This document shows positions 1 through 11,283 of a stretch of DNA of 29,729 bases, in pieces. The position numbers were made by a program, and so were the translations under genes. Position 1 is the stretch's first letter. Each line of letters opens with the position of its first letter. The stretch spans positions 1 to 29,729 of the forward strand of contig JAQGDQ010001682.1 of assembly GCA_030141605.1 (NCBI GenBank), in the 5' to 3' direction. The notes under the pieces are model-generated. The model ran no database searches. It was not told the DNA's origin and saw only the letters and a program-made list of their open reading frames with translations. Source of the stretch: Tubiluchus corallicola. Its lineage: Eukaryota > Animalia > Priapulida.

Positions 1-263
1 AAAGAGAAACCGTTACATTAGCGAGAAGTCCAGTAAGCATTAAGTTGTCTCTGTTGCCGTCAATGTGTGTGGTTGGTAAAGTGCATTTTCTGACTCTGTC
101 AAACACAAGCTTGCATAGGAATGTGTCCAAACAAAGCATAAGTAATAGCTAATATTGATTTACCTGTGTCTGTATTAATCTTATGGAAAGTGAACTACAA
201 AAATGTACTGATGCTATTTATCATTAAAGGCATTACCTGCATGCTATATAGCGAATAAAAATT

Positions 264-372
264 GACTACGGCCAAATCACGCTGAAAACACCGGTTCTCG
301 TCTGATTACCGAAGCAACGTAGAGTCTGGTTAGTACTTGGATGGGTGACCGCCTAGGAATACCAGGTGCTGG
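264..372 (+). pseudogene. 5S rRNA-derived sequence (SINE head or 5S pseudogene)
   Basis: GACTACGGCCAAATCACGCTGAAAACACCGGTTCTCGTCTGATTACCGAAG..CAACGT..GGTTAGTACTTGGATGGGTGACCGCCTAGGAATACCAGGTGCTG. Box C region intact, about 5 nt missing in the box A region, no oligo-T terminator. Confidence 0.9.
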
Positions 373-800
373 CGGGATTCCCACACTGTATCTTGACACG
401 AGGCGGAGGAACTGTGCAAGGCAGCCAACGGCTAGAGGGCGGAGGAGGTCAAGTGACCCAACGGCCATGTGTGGAGGAGTAAACCTTCCAAATCAGAAGT
501 AGAGCCCCGAAGGCCTACCAGTGCAGCATGCTCACTGACTCCGGCAGCTCCTGCAGCCGACCTGGTGCCAAACGTATCGCTCCGCTTTCCTTTGGACTAC
601 ATCAGCGAGGAAGAGAGGGGGTTTCTGTTGTCTGGGCAACTCAGGATCTCCATACACCTTGCCCAGGCATGCACCCTGGAGACGTTCAAAGATCGGACTA
701 CTGAGCCACAGTCGATGCTCCAGCTCCATTAATGTGATCAATAGCGGACTCTCTTGGCGCACATTCCATTGTCTTCCGAGGCAGAAGGACGTCAACCAAC
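264..800 (+). mobile_element. 5S rRNA-derived SINE (SINE3-like): 5S head, RTE 5'UTR-like body and RTE 3' tail
   Basis: 264-372 matches the animal 5S rRNA layout. 373-~687 resembles RTE LINE 5' regions (GGCAGCTCCTGCAGCCG..GGTGCCAAA..TTTCCTTTGGACTACATCAGCGAGG..GAGAGGGGG). ~688-800 encodes KIGLLSHSRC (RTE ORF2 end motif, cf. SRIGLxSHxR) followed by CCATTGTCTTCCGAG.CAGAAGGA and a CAAC tail. No clean TSD. Confidence 0.7.
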
Positions 801-1380
801 ATAACGAAATGACAATGTTGCTCTCTGCTGTACTGTCAGCCTTGTTTCAGAGGTATCAAAACCTTGAGGATACATACCCCCTCCCCGATTTGTAATTTTT
901 TCGCTTAATTTCTTTGTTAGTTCAATCAGTGGAAAACATGTAACTTCTTATTCTGTATCACAAGTTATTCAGTACAGCTGCCATGAGCCCTTCGAGATGA
1001 TCAAGCATGTTGACGAAATTTTAACAGTTGAATCAAATGCAGTTAGAATAAGAGAAGGAATGAAAGAAGGAAGTGTAAGGGGACTAGAAGAACAGACATG
1101 TTTGCCACTTTATTAACTCACCTAGTTTTGTTTTTGCCGATCTATAATAGTGTATGGTTTCTGGGTTTTTGAAGACTATAGAAAATATGTCAGTTTTCAA
1201 GAATGATTTCTTGACCTCATGATGCATCACTGTTTAAGATGCCCTTGAGTTGAGCTTGGTGTTGCAGGTTGCATCACGATTTTTGTCAGTTACCAATTTC
1301 AGAAGCACAAATCTGCAATGTGTTGTGTGTGCTTGCACAGCAAAATGGTCAATAAGTCGGCAGTTAGTGTTTTCTAGTTA

Positions 1381-1792
1381 TTTACGTACCCCGAATCTCC
1401 ATTTCATGGGGATTATTTTGATACCAAGTTCAACGCTCTATGTTATTTCTAAGCTGAGATAATCCACGTTGAAGTTGAGGTGCAGGCTGCGCACTGAAAA
1501 ATATAATCTCGAGAAACTCGCTGGTAAAGTCTGCCATTGTTTTTTGTCGCGTTTCTACAAAACTCTTAGCAACCGTACGAAAGTGTGGTTGCTACGGACT
1601 TTGCAAGATCACATTGAAGTTATGTTTAAATCCACTAGATGGCTCTTCTTGACGAAGATTTGGTCTTGTCACCAGAAAAACCCAGATGCAAAATGGCTGC
1701 TTCAACGAGCTACTATCGGAGTTTGAAAATACAATTTTTTTGCTATTGCAGTACTAGTTTCTAGACTGAGAAATGGGCACGGGGTTATGAAA
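1381..1792. mobile_element. Possible old non-autonomous DNA transposon
   Basis: Degenerate inverted ends TTACGTACCCCGAATCTCCATTTC (1382) and GAAATGGGCACGGGGTTATGAA (~1770-1791); no TSD seen. Confidence 0.3.
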
Positions 1793-2580
1793 TTAATTTT
1801 TTAGTATTATTGGACATTTTGTTGACAATTTCATGCTAAAATATAAAAGTCCAATATATTTAGCATTTTTTCTTATAAAAAACAAAAAATTAACATTATA
1901 CCAAAATTTTGGTGCATTCTACTTGAAGCATCATAACGTAGTTTTAACTATGCCAACTTATGGACATTTTGGTTTGCAAGCACGCATGTGTGTGCTTCAG
2001 TTAGTAATTACTTCCACCATCAGTGAAACACCAGGCCAGGATTGTGGAATCAATGGATAAAGTCATCGCTGCTTATATATATATATATATATATATTATA
2101 GATATTAATTCTTTATTTGTCATTAAAATGGTTCACTCATTATAATAAAATTGAGTAAGCCTCAGCGTAATGTTTAGATAACAACACTATCCAAGACAAA
2201 TGCATCCAGTGCAGACTAAAAAAAACTAAAGTGCAAAACTAATGTCTAATTATATACAATAAATGAACATATTTACAAACACCATATTAAAATTAATTTT
2301 ACAAAACAATATTACAAAAGTACATTAAATTTTACATGACATATTTTACACTATATATACATTTGACATGACACAATTAACAGAAACATGCTTTACATTA
2401 CATAAATTTCACTCATTACATTTACACTATTTATACATTTGACGTTACAAAACTAACAATAACACGTATTACATTACATAATTTTTTTTTAAAAATTTTC
2501 AGTTTTAATCGTTTTATGGAGTCAGGGGCGGGGGTAGATGAAAGTTGAGTCTGTAATTAGTATGAGAAGACAGAGATTAC

Positions 2581-3693
2581 CTTTTCATGTGTGTCGCTTG
2601 CAAAACGCGTCACTGCTGAGATATACATAAGAAGATATAGTATGTCGATGATGAATACCATGAGTACCACGTCTACAAATATCCCGACACTGTTTCCGAG
2701 CATTAATACAAACGTGATGACAAACGCCATCATCAGGCACACGACATAACTGAAGAAGAAGATGCTGCCGAAAATTTCATCGACCCGTCGAACCAACTTG
2801 CAAAGCCTTTCATGTTGCATGCGGATGTCTTGAATGGTGTTGAGTTCCGTATATTCGACGACTAGTTGCAGAGGCTGGTCGTGCTGTTTAGTATCGCTTT
2901 CGGGTATTCGGCTGCGAAGAATCTTCGTTACGGTGACAAAATCCCGGCCTATTTGACGACTAAGAACGACAAATGTAACCAGAGTTGTAATAAACGGTCC
3001 AATAAACAGAGCGGTTAAGGATAAGAGCACCACCATTGCTAATCGGACACCAGCTGTCGACCGGAGGTAACGGGGTATCGGTTCAATGAACAGCAAATAC
3101 ATACTCCCTAGAACATTGTCGTCGCTGCCGTAAGAGAGTTGAGATAGCGTAATGTGCATAATTAACATAGCTGTTGTGAAAGCCATGATTATTGCACAGC
3201 CTGTATTCGAGTCTTTGCGTAATTCTTCAAAGTTTAAAGGCTTTACATACGTCGAGACACGCCATAATTCCATCACCACCTGGAAAATTTTCTTCATTTT
3301 CAGAAAGTGCATCGTCATTACTATCACCATGAACAGCAACAGAGCGGTGACGCCACCTTGTGACATAATGTTAAATATATCCCCCTTCTGACACTCCAGA
3401 ACCAGGGCGTAGAAAGATCTCAGTAAATTCATCCAGGCTAGGAACAGTACGAATCCCGAATATGCGAACTTGACGCTCTTTTTGCGCATTTGCAACTCGA
3501 TGCCACCCACTCTGTTTTCTATTAAAAGTGCTGGCCATAATCCAAATACTTTGGCTGTAATTCGAAGTGAGTTCAGAGACCGTAGAAATTCACTAAACCC
3601 CGCGTAAGTCTTGCCCTTCTCACAGTCGTTTCGGATACCCGTTTTACCCGAATCGTGTTGATGTGTTTTCGATGTCGCTCCAAAACTTTTCAT
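2581..3693 (-). CDS. Gustatory receptor-like (7tm_7/GRL) protein, large first coding exon
   Basis: ORF with about 6 hydrophobic helices, N-terminal LRITAKVFGLWP and IRMQHERLCKLVRRVDEIFG motifs typical of the GR/GRL superfamily. Probable phase-0 donor AAG|GTAATC after ..DTHEK at 2581/2580. The TM7 'TY' exon was not confidently found. Confidence 0.8.
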
Positions 3694-4329
3694 CTTCCTA
3701 ATGCCTCGCCGAGGCTGTGCTCCCTAATCTTTCAACAGGTACTCAACCCTTGAAACCTGCAGTTTTTGAAAGTAACAGTCAGCTTACGTAGTCACTAGCC
3801 ACCTGTTGTTACGTTGTGTTATAAATGCACAGAGCTATCATCAGGGTCAATGATAGTTATTTGCATTATTAGGCCTGGAAACATTTAAGTGTTCCAGAAA
3901 AAGGACTTTGTCACAGCAGGCAGATAACAAACATGCATTACTAACAGGAGCTGTGGTAATGTGGTCTTTTGTGCATATTTGCTCTAGTAATCATGTCTGT
4001 CGAAGTAACCAGTCGTGCACTTGGTTAACGTGCTTACTGTGTTGCTGCTTCGGTGCAAACTGTCGAGTTCTACTGGCTTACTAATAGTGCCAGGCACTTT
4101 ATTAAATTCGTCAGCCCCCAATAACTGGAATAAAACAAGTGCCCAAGTAAAAATACACAAATCTATTTATAGTTTCAAAAGGTACTTGAAAAGGACCATT
4201 TTTAATTCATACGTATAATACAATTTTAATGGTTCCATGTCTCATGCAGTCGCAATATATGGTCTCCAATCAATTATTATGCTATTTTAATATACCTCCA
4301 TGTAAATTAAACATACACTGTGGTCGTTT

Positions 4330-4606
4330 CTTCTCCTCTTTTCCTTCTTCCTATCTCTAATCTTACTATTTTTTTCCATTCCATCATGTCTACTAACCCT
4401 AACCATTCTTTCATTCATTCATCCTCCCCTCCCTTCCTTCTTCCTATCCCTAATCTTACTATTTTTCCATCCTTCATATCTACTAACCCTAACCATTCTT
4501 TTATTAACTCGTTCTCTCCTCCATTCCTTCTTCCTCTCCATAATCTTACTATTTTTTTCCATTCCATCATGTCTACTAACCCTAACCATTCTTTCATTCA
4601 CTCATT
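4330..4606. repeat. Tandem repeat, about 90-bp pyrimidine-rich unit x3
   Basis: Three copies of ..TTCCTTCTTCCT..TAATCTTACTATTTTT..TCTACTAACCCTAACCATTCTTT..; each contains CTAACCCTAACC. Confidence 0.9.
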
Positions 4607-4764
4607 TGTGCCACCTTAACAAGCCAAGCTTTCAAGGTGTCATACAGCAACTAATTTATTTGGTTAATTTGACTTCATCAACGTTTTTTTACCTATACTG
4701 TTTCTTTTTGTTTCAGTAATATTGTATGTTGATGTATTGTATATGTATTGCTGGAGTGAAATAA

Positions 4765-4771
4765 ATTGATA

Positions 4772-4810
<39 letters not shown>
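4765..4810. repeat. (ATTG)n microsatellite, possibly a retroelement tail
   Basis: Direct; immediately preceded by AATAAA. Confidence 0.9.
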
Positions 4811-4991
4811 AGTTTGATGATGTGATTTTTATGTAGAATGAGTCCCGTGTTTATAAGTCCTGGTTGAGATTCTGACAATTTTTTTCTCATTGCGTAATAA
4901 AATTATTCTTTAAGTCGCACATTTAGCATAATTACATTGTCATGATCAGCTTTAAGCGATGACCATTTGGTGTTGTTGTTCTGGTCGTTGT

Positions 4992-5212
4992 AATAATAAT
5001 AATAATAATTTATTTTTTTGCCTTCAAAATAACGATCATAGATAGTATATAACAATGATTTACAAATATTAAAGAAGGGCGGGATGGTGAAAGACCAAAA
5101 GGTCATCTAGTCTGCCATCCCTAAATAGAGAGTCTACTTATTTCAGCATGGCGAGCAAATATTGTTAGAACAAAATAAAGATTTGAATAAGAAAACTGAT
5201 CAAAATTAAATT
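4992..5212 (-). mobile_element. CR1-type LINE 3' end with (ATT)n tail, copy 1
   Basis: Minus strand reads GGGATGGCAGACTAGATGACCTTTTGGTCTTTCACCATCCC (stem-loop with CR1-like GACTAGATGACC), then AATAAA and (ATT)n. Second copy at 22253-22547. Confidence 0.7.
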
Positions 5213-5428
5213 TTGATTGCAAAATTAAATACTGGTTTAAAACTAAATGAATAACAAAAAACTGTATATTCTTAATATGATTATCGACCGAAAATGACTA
5301 ATAAATTTAATAATAAGACCATTTTATCTATTATATTAATACTTTTCGAACCTGGTTATATTTTTTTTAAGTTTAAAGAGATATGCCATTTATGTTTAAG
5401 GTGTATTAAGTTTATAAATTATGTAAAC

Positions 5429-5738
5429 CAGGGGTGTGCAAACTGCGGCCCGCCGAGAGATCTTGTGCGGCCCGCGAAGAGGTTTGTCAACGTAATGAAA
5501 GTCACTTAATGTCACTGTCGGACATGACGAAATATATGGTTTTTAATATAAATTTTAATAATTTCTAAAATAATTTTTTGAGTGTAGTATGCAGTAGTAA
5601 TGATGTGACAGATCAGATGCAGAAAAATCGTTATTAGGTCCTACTGTACTTGGCTCCTTGACTAAACTGCATGTGGCCCACAGGAATTGCGGGAATGTTT
5701 AATGTGGCCCCGCTAGTCAGATAATTTGCACACCCCTG
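5429..5738 (+). mobile_element. hAT (Charlie-like) MITE, internally deleted copy
   Basis: TIRs CAGGGGTGTGCAAA / TTTGCACACCCCTG, subterminal GCGGCCCG motifs, degenerate 8-bp TSD ATGTAAAC/CTGTAAAG; related to 20815-21314. Confidence 0.85.
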
Positions 5739-6401
5739 CTGTAAAGGTACGGTAAATAATTAATAATGGTGTGGTCATGTTTGAACTTGTTTTACTTCAA
5801 GAAAAATATTGTAACTACCGGTTTGCATCATTGCTGTGGCTACTGTCATGTGTGCTGTGTCCGCTAGTGTTTTGGACGATGTTTACTAAGCAACATACAA
5901 CAGCGATAATTCTCTTGTTTAAACCCCTAGTCTTTCAACCCCACAGTATTTTGAGAGTCAAGTTAGTATATTTGTAATGATGCTGTACATAACGTTGTTT
6001 AGACACCAGCATTAAAGGAAGTAGCGATATCACTATTTTTGTTTACCATAGGTTCACCTACGTCTAAAGACAGTTTAAATCATTTTTTCCAAAATTTGCT
6101 TCCTATTATGTATCTTACTGTTTGTTATTCATTGAATTCTTGATAACTTTTTGTTTCTTTTAATGTATTAATTGTGTATTTGGTTTAAATATCTGGTTAA
6201 GGATTGGTTCAGACAGTTTTAACAACATGATTTAGGATCCTCACCACAACAGACTTTATACACTATTTACAAGATAAATTTACAGTAAGAATTGACTATA
6301 ACTACACAAGCTGACAAGTTTTACTACAAGATTACATTAGACATTAGTAGAAAATGATGGTTAGTAAATATTAATGTACGATTATTTAAGACTGATGCAT
6401 T

Positions 6402-6902
6402 TTATATCAGATAGAAACTACTGGAAGCGTTTAGTACGTAATATAAAGTCATGAATATTTTACAGTTAACAACATAGTTAAATTCACCTTTTCTGAATAA
6501 TAACAACTTCAACAGATCATTAGCTCCTAAGGCAGGTATATTAAGGTTTTCAGACAGAAGCATTTCATTTAATTTATCAAACACAACAACCCTAGTTTGT
6601 TGATACAATGGGCAGTGCAACAAAAAGTGTTCAACAGACTCAAATCGAAATCCACAGTTACAATTCGGCAATGTTGGATGACCGTTATTATCTTTACAGC
6701 CTTTGGAGAAAAGGTCATAGTTTAGTTGAGAAAATCCGATTCTCATGCGCGTATGATGCACTGATATTGGAGGTTTATCAAACGAAAAATGTTTCTTATG
6801 CAACGAAAAACTTAAATGAGATTTGAGCTCCTGTTTGAATTGTGAAATGGATGTAATTTCACGATGCATAAGTACCTTAACCACATTCGGATTTGTATGC
6901 AC
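6402..6902 (-). mobile_element. Non-LTR retrotransposon ORF2 C-terminal fragment (CCHC knuckle)
   Basis: SISQFKQELK..TRMRIGFSQLNYDLF..CNCG..ESVEHFLLHCPLY..R is a typical LINE ORF2 C-terminus; no RT domain upstream. Confidence 0.8.
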
Positions 6903-7557
6903 ATTTCTTCAACGAAAACGGTGGAGGAGGAGGGGGCAATATGGCAATATTGGTTGTGTATTTGTGTTGATGTGAAATAAATAAACAAAACAAAAAATAA
7001 ACCGGAGTTTTTTTGCAGCAGATGGAAGCTTAGCTCTTGCCGTGAGTGCATTGTGAGTGATGTTAGTTTTGCAGAAAGTGTCTTTATTCATTGTGAGAGA
7101 CTACTACTTCATGATGCCCAAAGTCAAAAAAATTCATGTTTGAGTAGCTTTATTACGTTTTATCTGTAAGAAAAATCATCACAAAATATAACAAACTAAT
7201 TTGAGCCAAAAAAGAAACAAGGAAATTAATAATAAAGTCAGACTGAATAATCAAAATAAACTTACATCATGGCTACTACTCTCGGTTACATGGTTACATC
7301 ATCTACTGCACTTGACAAATAAATGGTTTAACTGACACAAAACAGCAACACCTCTCTTAGCCAAGAACAGACTGCTAACTCGCCAGGTAAACTAGCTCTA
7401 TCAGTAGAGCATGGCAGAAAGAAGCCAAGTCAAGACATACATACATGAATGCATTTAAAAGGGAAAGTATAGGGGGGTTTACAGAATGAGAGAACACTGA
7501 AGTATTGGGATTTGTTGAGGACCATGCATTTTAACAAGAAACCTGTTTTTTCTCCAG

Positions 7558-7788
7558 TACATAATAAAGCATTCCAAGTATGGGGACCGTGAGAAGATAT
7601 CAAGTCACAGTCAGCTAAACGAAGCCAGATTTCTGAGCAACTCCGCGCAAGGGAAGGCGCGCTCTCAGTTGGAGGCGGAGCTAAACGAGAAGAAACAGCA
7701 GAGAAGTGAGTTGGAGAATCGGTACAACGAGTTACAAAAGAACGAACAGAAGATGCTGGGACAACTGGAGGCGCTTAGAAAGACAAAG
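7558..7788 (+). CDS. SMC5: SMC5 exon A (hinge end, start of coiled coil)
   Basis: tctccag|TAC..AAG|gtaagc, 231 nt. YIIKHSKYGDREKISSHSQLNEARFLSNS..LEALRKTK aligns with recalled vertebrate SMC5 [25 protein letters not shown].. Confidence 0.9.
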
Positions 7789-7986
7789 GTAAGCTTATTC
7801 TTTATTATTTGGTTGTTTTTTGTAGTTTTCTAGTTGCTTGCGGTATCGCTCTCTACCAAACATTGAAAATCTGGAGTTACGTGGCGTTTAGCGGACAACC
7901 GGAAGACGTGATGCTTATCCGGTTGCATGTAAACAGTCCAGTGGTAATAGTTGAAGAAAAATAATGCAGTAACTCGGGTCTGATAG

Positions 7987-9730
7987 ACAGGTTCATTGAA
8001 AACAATATAGTGGGTAGCGTGTAGTGAGTAGTGAGTAGATAGTGGTGAGTAGGGAGTAGATAGTGGTGAGTAGGGAGTTGATAGTGGTGAGTAGGGAGTA
8101 GATAGTGGTGAGTAGGGAGTTGATAGTGGTGAGTAGGGAGTAGATAGTGGGGAGTAGGGAGTAGATAGTGGTGAGTAGGGAGTAGACAGTGGTGAGTAGG
8201 GAGTAGACAGTGGTGAGTAGGGAGTAGACAGTGGTGAGTAGGGAGTTGATAGTGGTGAGTAGGGAGTTGATAGTGGTGAGTAGTGAGTAGATAGTGGTGA
8301 GTAGGGAGTAGTGAGTAGGGAGTTGATAGTGGTGAGTAGTGAGTAGTGAGTAGACAGTGGTGAGTAGGGAGTAGAGGATAGTGAGTAGTGAGTCGGGAGT
8401 AGGGCTAAACAGGTTCATTAAAAACAATATAGTGGGTAGTGAATGGTGAGTAAGGAGTAGACAGTGGTGAGTAGGGAGTAGAGGATAGTGAGTCGGGAGT
8501 AGGGCTAAACAGGTTCATTAAAAACAATATAGTGGGTAGTGAATAGTGAGTAAGGAGTAGATAGTGGTGAGTAGTGAGTTGTGAGTAGGGCTAAACAGGT
8601 TCATTAAAAACAATATAGTGGGTAGTGAATAGTGAGTAAGGAGTAGATAGTGGTGAGTAGTGAGTTGTGAGTAGGGCTAAACAGGTTCATTAAAAACAAT
8701 ATAGTGGGTAATCGGTAGTGAGTAGATAGTGATGAGTAGGGAGTAGATAGTGATGAGTAGGGAGTAGACAGTGGTGAGTAGGGAGTTGATAGTGGTGAGT
8801 AGGGAGTTGATAGTGGTGAGTAGTGAGTAGATAGTGGTGAGTAGGGAGTAGAGGATAGTGAGTAGTGAGTCGGGAGTAGATAGTGATGAGTAGGGAGTAG
8901 ACAGTGGTGAGTAGGGAGTTGATAGTGGTGAGTAGGGAGTAGACAGTGGTGAGTAGGGAGTTGATAGTGGTGAGTAGGGAGTTGATAGTGGTGAGTAGTG
9001 AGTTGATAGTGGTGAGTAGTGAGTAGTGAGTAGACAGTGGTGAGTAGGGAGTAGAGGATAGTGAGTAGTGAGTCGGGAGTAGGGCTAAACAGGTTCATTA
9101 AAACAATATAGTGGGTAGTGAATGGTGAGTAAGGAGTAGACAGTGGTGAGTAGTGAGTAGAGGATAGTGAGTAGTGAGTCGGGAGTAGGGCTAAACAGGT
9201 TCATTAAAAACAATATCGTGGGTAGTGAATAGTGAGTAAGGAGTAGACAGTGGTGAGTAGTGAGTAGAGGATAGTGAGTAGTGAGTCGTGTGTAGGGCTA
9301 AGCAGGTTCATTAAAAACAATATCGTGGGTAGTGAATAGTGAGTAAGGAGTAGACAGTGGTGAGTAGTGAGTAGAGGATAGTGAGTAGTGAGTCGTGTGT
9401 AGGGCTAAGCAGGTTCATTAAAAACAATATAGTGGGTAGTGAATAGTGAGTAAGGAGTAGATAGTGGTGAGTAGTGAGTTGTGAGTAGGGCTAAGCAGGT
9501 TCATTAAAAACAATATCGTGGGTAGTGAATAGTGAGTAAGGAGTAGATAGTGGTGAGTAGTGAGTAGAGGATAGTGAGTAGTGAGTCGGGAGTAGGGCTA
9601 AACAGGTTCATTAAAAACAATATAGTGGATAATCGGTAGTGAGTAGATAGTGATGAGTAGTGAGTAGAGGATAGTGAGTAGTGAGTATTGAGTAAGGCAT
9701 AGTGAGTAACGGGTAGTGGGTAGTGAGTAC
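7987..9730. repeat. G-rich compound minisatellite (7-bp motifs, 21-bp unit, variable higher-order unit)
   Basis: Unit AGTAGATAGTGGTGAGTAGGG built from GTGAGTA/GGGAGTA motifs, punctuated by GGGCTAAACAGGTTCATTAAAAACAATATAGTGGGTA; C almost absent on the + strand. Confidence 0.95.
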
Positions 9731-10029
9731 TGCTTAGAAAAGCAAAGATCGAGTTTACTTTCCTTTATTTACTTATATGATTTTTAGGCATTAGCACAAT
9801 GCATTCTAGATGTCTGGTAAATGCTGCTTTGGTCTGTAACTTCAACTTTCTGCGACCACATTTAATAAACAACAGTGCCTGACATTATATTTTGTGGTCT
9901 AGTACCGAAGTCCTGATGTTTTGGTGATCTTTGATATTCGTGGGCAACTTCCGTGACATGTACGCCAAATCGCTCTCGCTTGGTAATTTACTCTGATGAT
10001 TGAATGCAGTTTTTTGGCAGCGTATAATG

Positions 10030-10538
10030 CAGGGATGAGAATTTTCCCCTGATACGCGGAATTCAGAGTTTTTGGAAGACCAGTAGTGCCATTTTTGTTA
10101 ATCGCGTAAATTTGTTGAGAAAGTTTTTATGGACCCAGTACATTATTTTACAAACTGACCGCTAGTTGGCAGGCCATCACTTTGTTTACATCACGTACGT
10201 CAGTGTAACCACGTGTATATCTCTATGTATAAAAATATAGAATCAATTGTGTGGAGTTATTTGAGTCAATTGCAGACAGTTTTTATATACTTTTGCATAG
10301 GAGCGGCCAGTACTTAGGCGTTTTTGGGACAATTAGGTATCATGTATATTTGATAGTTGGGCATTTTAAATTATGTATGAAACATGGTAACTGATATTTT
10401 AAGTCCACTTAGAGGCTCTCTATGGTCACAAAATTGCAATTTGTTGCTTCGCCCCCTTGAACCCCATTGGGGGCCTAGGTGGCCCCAAAACCCCCGGCCT
10501 GTTTTAGAGTTTTTTGCAATTTGTCATTCTCATCCCTG
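10030..10538. mobile_element. hAT-like MITE with 6-bp TSD
   Basis: 13-bp TIR CAGGGATGAGAAT / ATTCTCATCCCTG flanked on both sides by ATAATG. Confidence 0.8.
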
Positions 10539-10603
10539 ATAATGTGATAAACAACATGAAAAAGAGACGTTTTACAATTTTTGTTTCGCCCTCTCTTTTC
10601 CAG

Positions 10604-10795
10604 AAAGAGTTGCTGCTCAAAAAGAATGCCAAACAGTGCGTGATGGAGAAGATTCGCTTGAAAGAGGAGGGTATAGCAAAGTTGGAATCGGAGAAGGTAG
10701 ATCTGGAGGCAGAAGAGAAGAAGACGAAAGCAGCTATAATGGACATCAAGTTTAAACGCGTCGATTTTCTTCGCCAGTATATGGAGTGCACTAGA
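10604..10795 (+). CDS. SMC5: SMC5 exon B
   Basis: cttttccag|AAA..AGA|gtaagt, 192 nt. KELLLKKNAKQCVMEKIRLKEEGIAKLESEKVDLEAEEKK.. vs recalled [28 protein letters not shown]. Confidence 0.92.
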
Positions 10796-10970
10796 GTAAG
10801 TGATGACGTCACAAACTCACAAATATTTAAAGAGCAGGAAGCCATTCACTTACATAAACCTAGAAAAATTCATCATGAGATTTTGTATCACCTGCATATC
10901 ACCTTATTGTGCATAGAGCTTGTGTTGTAGCAACTCTGTATAAGACTTGAAAATTTGAACTATCACGGCG

Positions 10971-11050
10971 ACTGCTGATCAATAACTGACTCTCTTGGCG
11001 CACATTCCATTGTCTTCCGAGACAGAAGGATGCCAACCAACCAGCCAGCC
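10971..11050 (+). mobile_element. Isolated RTE-type 3' tail fragment
   Basis: GACTCTCTTGGCGCACATTCCATTGTCTTCCGAGACAGAAGGATGCCAACCAACC, nearly identical to 747-800. Confidence 0.75.
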
Positions 11051-11147
11051 ATAAGTATATAAATGTGGCTCTTCGTTAAAATGTTTTTAACGGTAATTTG
11101 CATTTAATGACATTCGTGATTTTTCAATTCATATCGTCTTTTTCTAG

Positions 11148-11270
11148 GACATTTGTCAGCTGTCCAAGAAGAAAGTTTGCATATGTTTGCAGCAGGCCCA
11201 GGCTATGGTGTGTGTCAGCAAGCTGGAAGCTGAGATGCAGGAGTCTGTGACGCACATCAAAGAGTTAGAG
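11148..11270 (+). CDS. SMC5: SMC5 exon C
   Basis: tttttctag|GAC..GAG|gtattt, 123 nt; DICQLSKKKVCICLQQAQAMVCVSKLEAEMQESVTHIKELE. Confidence 0.85.
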
Positions 11271-11283
11271 GTATTTTTAGTTA

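Noticed and set aside
99-194. Candidate last GRL exon on the minus strand (FTFHKINTDTGKSILAITYALFG..)
   Set aside because: Has a TY and an upstream AG, but the spacing and downstream residues fit the GR TM7 motif poorly; RNA evidence is needed.
264-372. Functional 5S rRNA gene
   Set aside because: Internal deletion, altered 3' end, no T-run terminator, fused to retroelement sequence.
469-732. 87-aa ORF with faint MATH-like LDYISEEERGFLL segment
   Set aside because: Lies within the RTE-like SINE body; the resemblance is short and probably chance.
851-891. Possible small upstream SMC5 exon (RYQNLEDTYPLPD)
   Set aside because: Acceptor-like context, but no convincing similarity to SMC5 and the phase does not fit exon A.
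7993-9098. LLTT/YSP repeat ORFs
   Set aside because: Translations of the G-rich minisatellite.
10514-10930. 138-aa ORF (and 27690-28046 ORF) as standalone genes
   Set aside because: Only the internal GT-AG-bounded parts match SMC5; the remainder is intron read-through.
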